Shown piece by piece: positions 63,671 through 64,000 of a stretch of DNA of 64,000 nt. The stretch is from Nitrospirota bacterium. Lineage in GTDB: Bacteria > Nitrospirota > Thermodesulfovibrionia > Thermodesulfovibrionales > JdFR-86. The stretch is from assembly GCA_963721805.1 (NCBI GenBank), contig CAVRJY010000004.1, forward strand, positions 96,001 to 160,000. Direction: 5' to 3'. Made by a program: the position numbers and the translations under genes. Under the pieces are notes generated by a model. The model did not search any database. It was not told where the DNA came from and saw only the letters and a list, made by a program, of their open reading frames with translations. Positions within the stretch are counted from its first letter, which is position 1. Each line of letters starts with the position of its first letter.

Positions 63671-64000
63671 TTGATCGAACCCAAGATATTCCGCCAGTAC
63701 GACATCCGGGGCGTATGGGGCAAGGACTTCACGGTCGAGGCCGTGCGCGCCATCGCGGCCGCTTATCGCCGTGCACCTCAAAGACGCGATCAAGAAGGAC
63801 GCGCTTACGGTCACGATAGGCCGCGACGCGCGCCTGAGCTCCCCCGAGATCGACGACGCGCTCACGGACGTCCTGACCCACAGCGGCATAAACGTCATCA
63901 ACATCGGCATGTGCCCCACGCCGTTGCAGTACTTCTCGCTCTACCACCTGGAGGCCGACGGCGGCATCATGATCACCGGGAGCCACAACCCGCCGCAGTA
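63671..64000 (+). CDS. Phosphomannomutase/phosphoglucomutase, 5' part (runs off the window; +1 frameshift near 63767)
   Basis: IFRQYDIRG from TTG 63671; in the shifted frame GRDARLSS, CPTP, ITGSHNPP. Confidence 0.88.
   Translation, partial: MIEPKIFRQYDIRGVWGKDFTVEAVRAIAAAYRRAPQRRDQEGRAYGHDRPRRAPELPRDRRRAHGRPDPQRHKRHQHRHVPHAVAVLLALPPGGRRRHHDHREPQPAAV

Overview
GC-rich chromosomal segment from a diderm, probably anaerobic bacterium. The gene content suggests Nitrospirota or Desulfobacterota, which is an inference I cannot verify here. Most of the window is housekeeping: rpmB, infB, rbfA, hemC, an EmrAB-TolC efflux operon, an ATP-dependent DNA ligase, bamD, smc, gyrB, a dnaJ-hspR-clpB operon with a HAIR-like operator, ugd, nikR with a Ni/Co ECF transporter and a NikR-type operator, glgP, a nonaheme cytochrome c, pagL and mgtA. 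There are two apparently identical 596-bp tnpA-only IS200/IS605 elements (target TAAC). Six genes carry single-base frameshifts, most likely sequencing errors. I saw no rRNA, tRNA or CRISPR array. The main unexplained signal is a dispersed family of at least 11 intergenic rod-like palindromic elements. Each has a core of about 121-123 bp (AAAGCGC..AAATCG...GTAY-N6-RTAC...CGATTT..GCGCTTT), often followed by a GGTCAA-NN-GCATT tail. Their stems co-vary between subfamilies, one copy is nested in another, and they carry exchangeable small hairpin modules. Tail-to-tail pairs bracket small accessory cargo regions containing an SdpI-like immunity gene, small orphan ORFs, both IS copies and an AT-rich palindrome that recurs near the window start.
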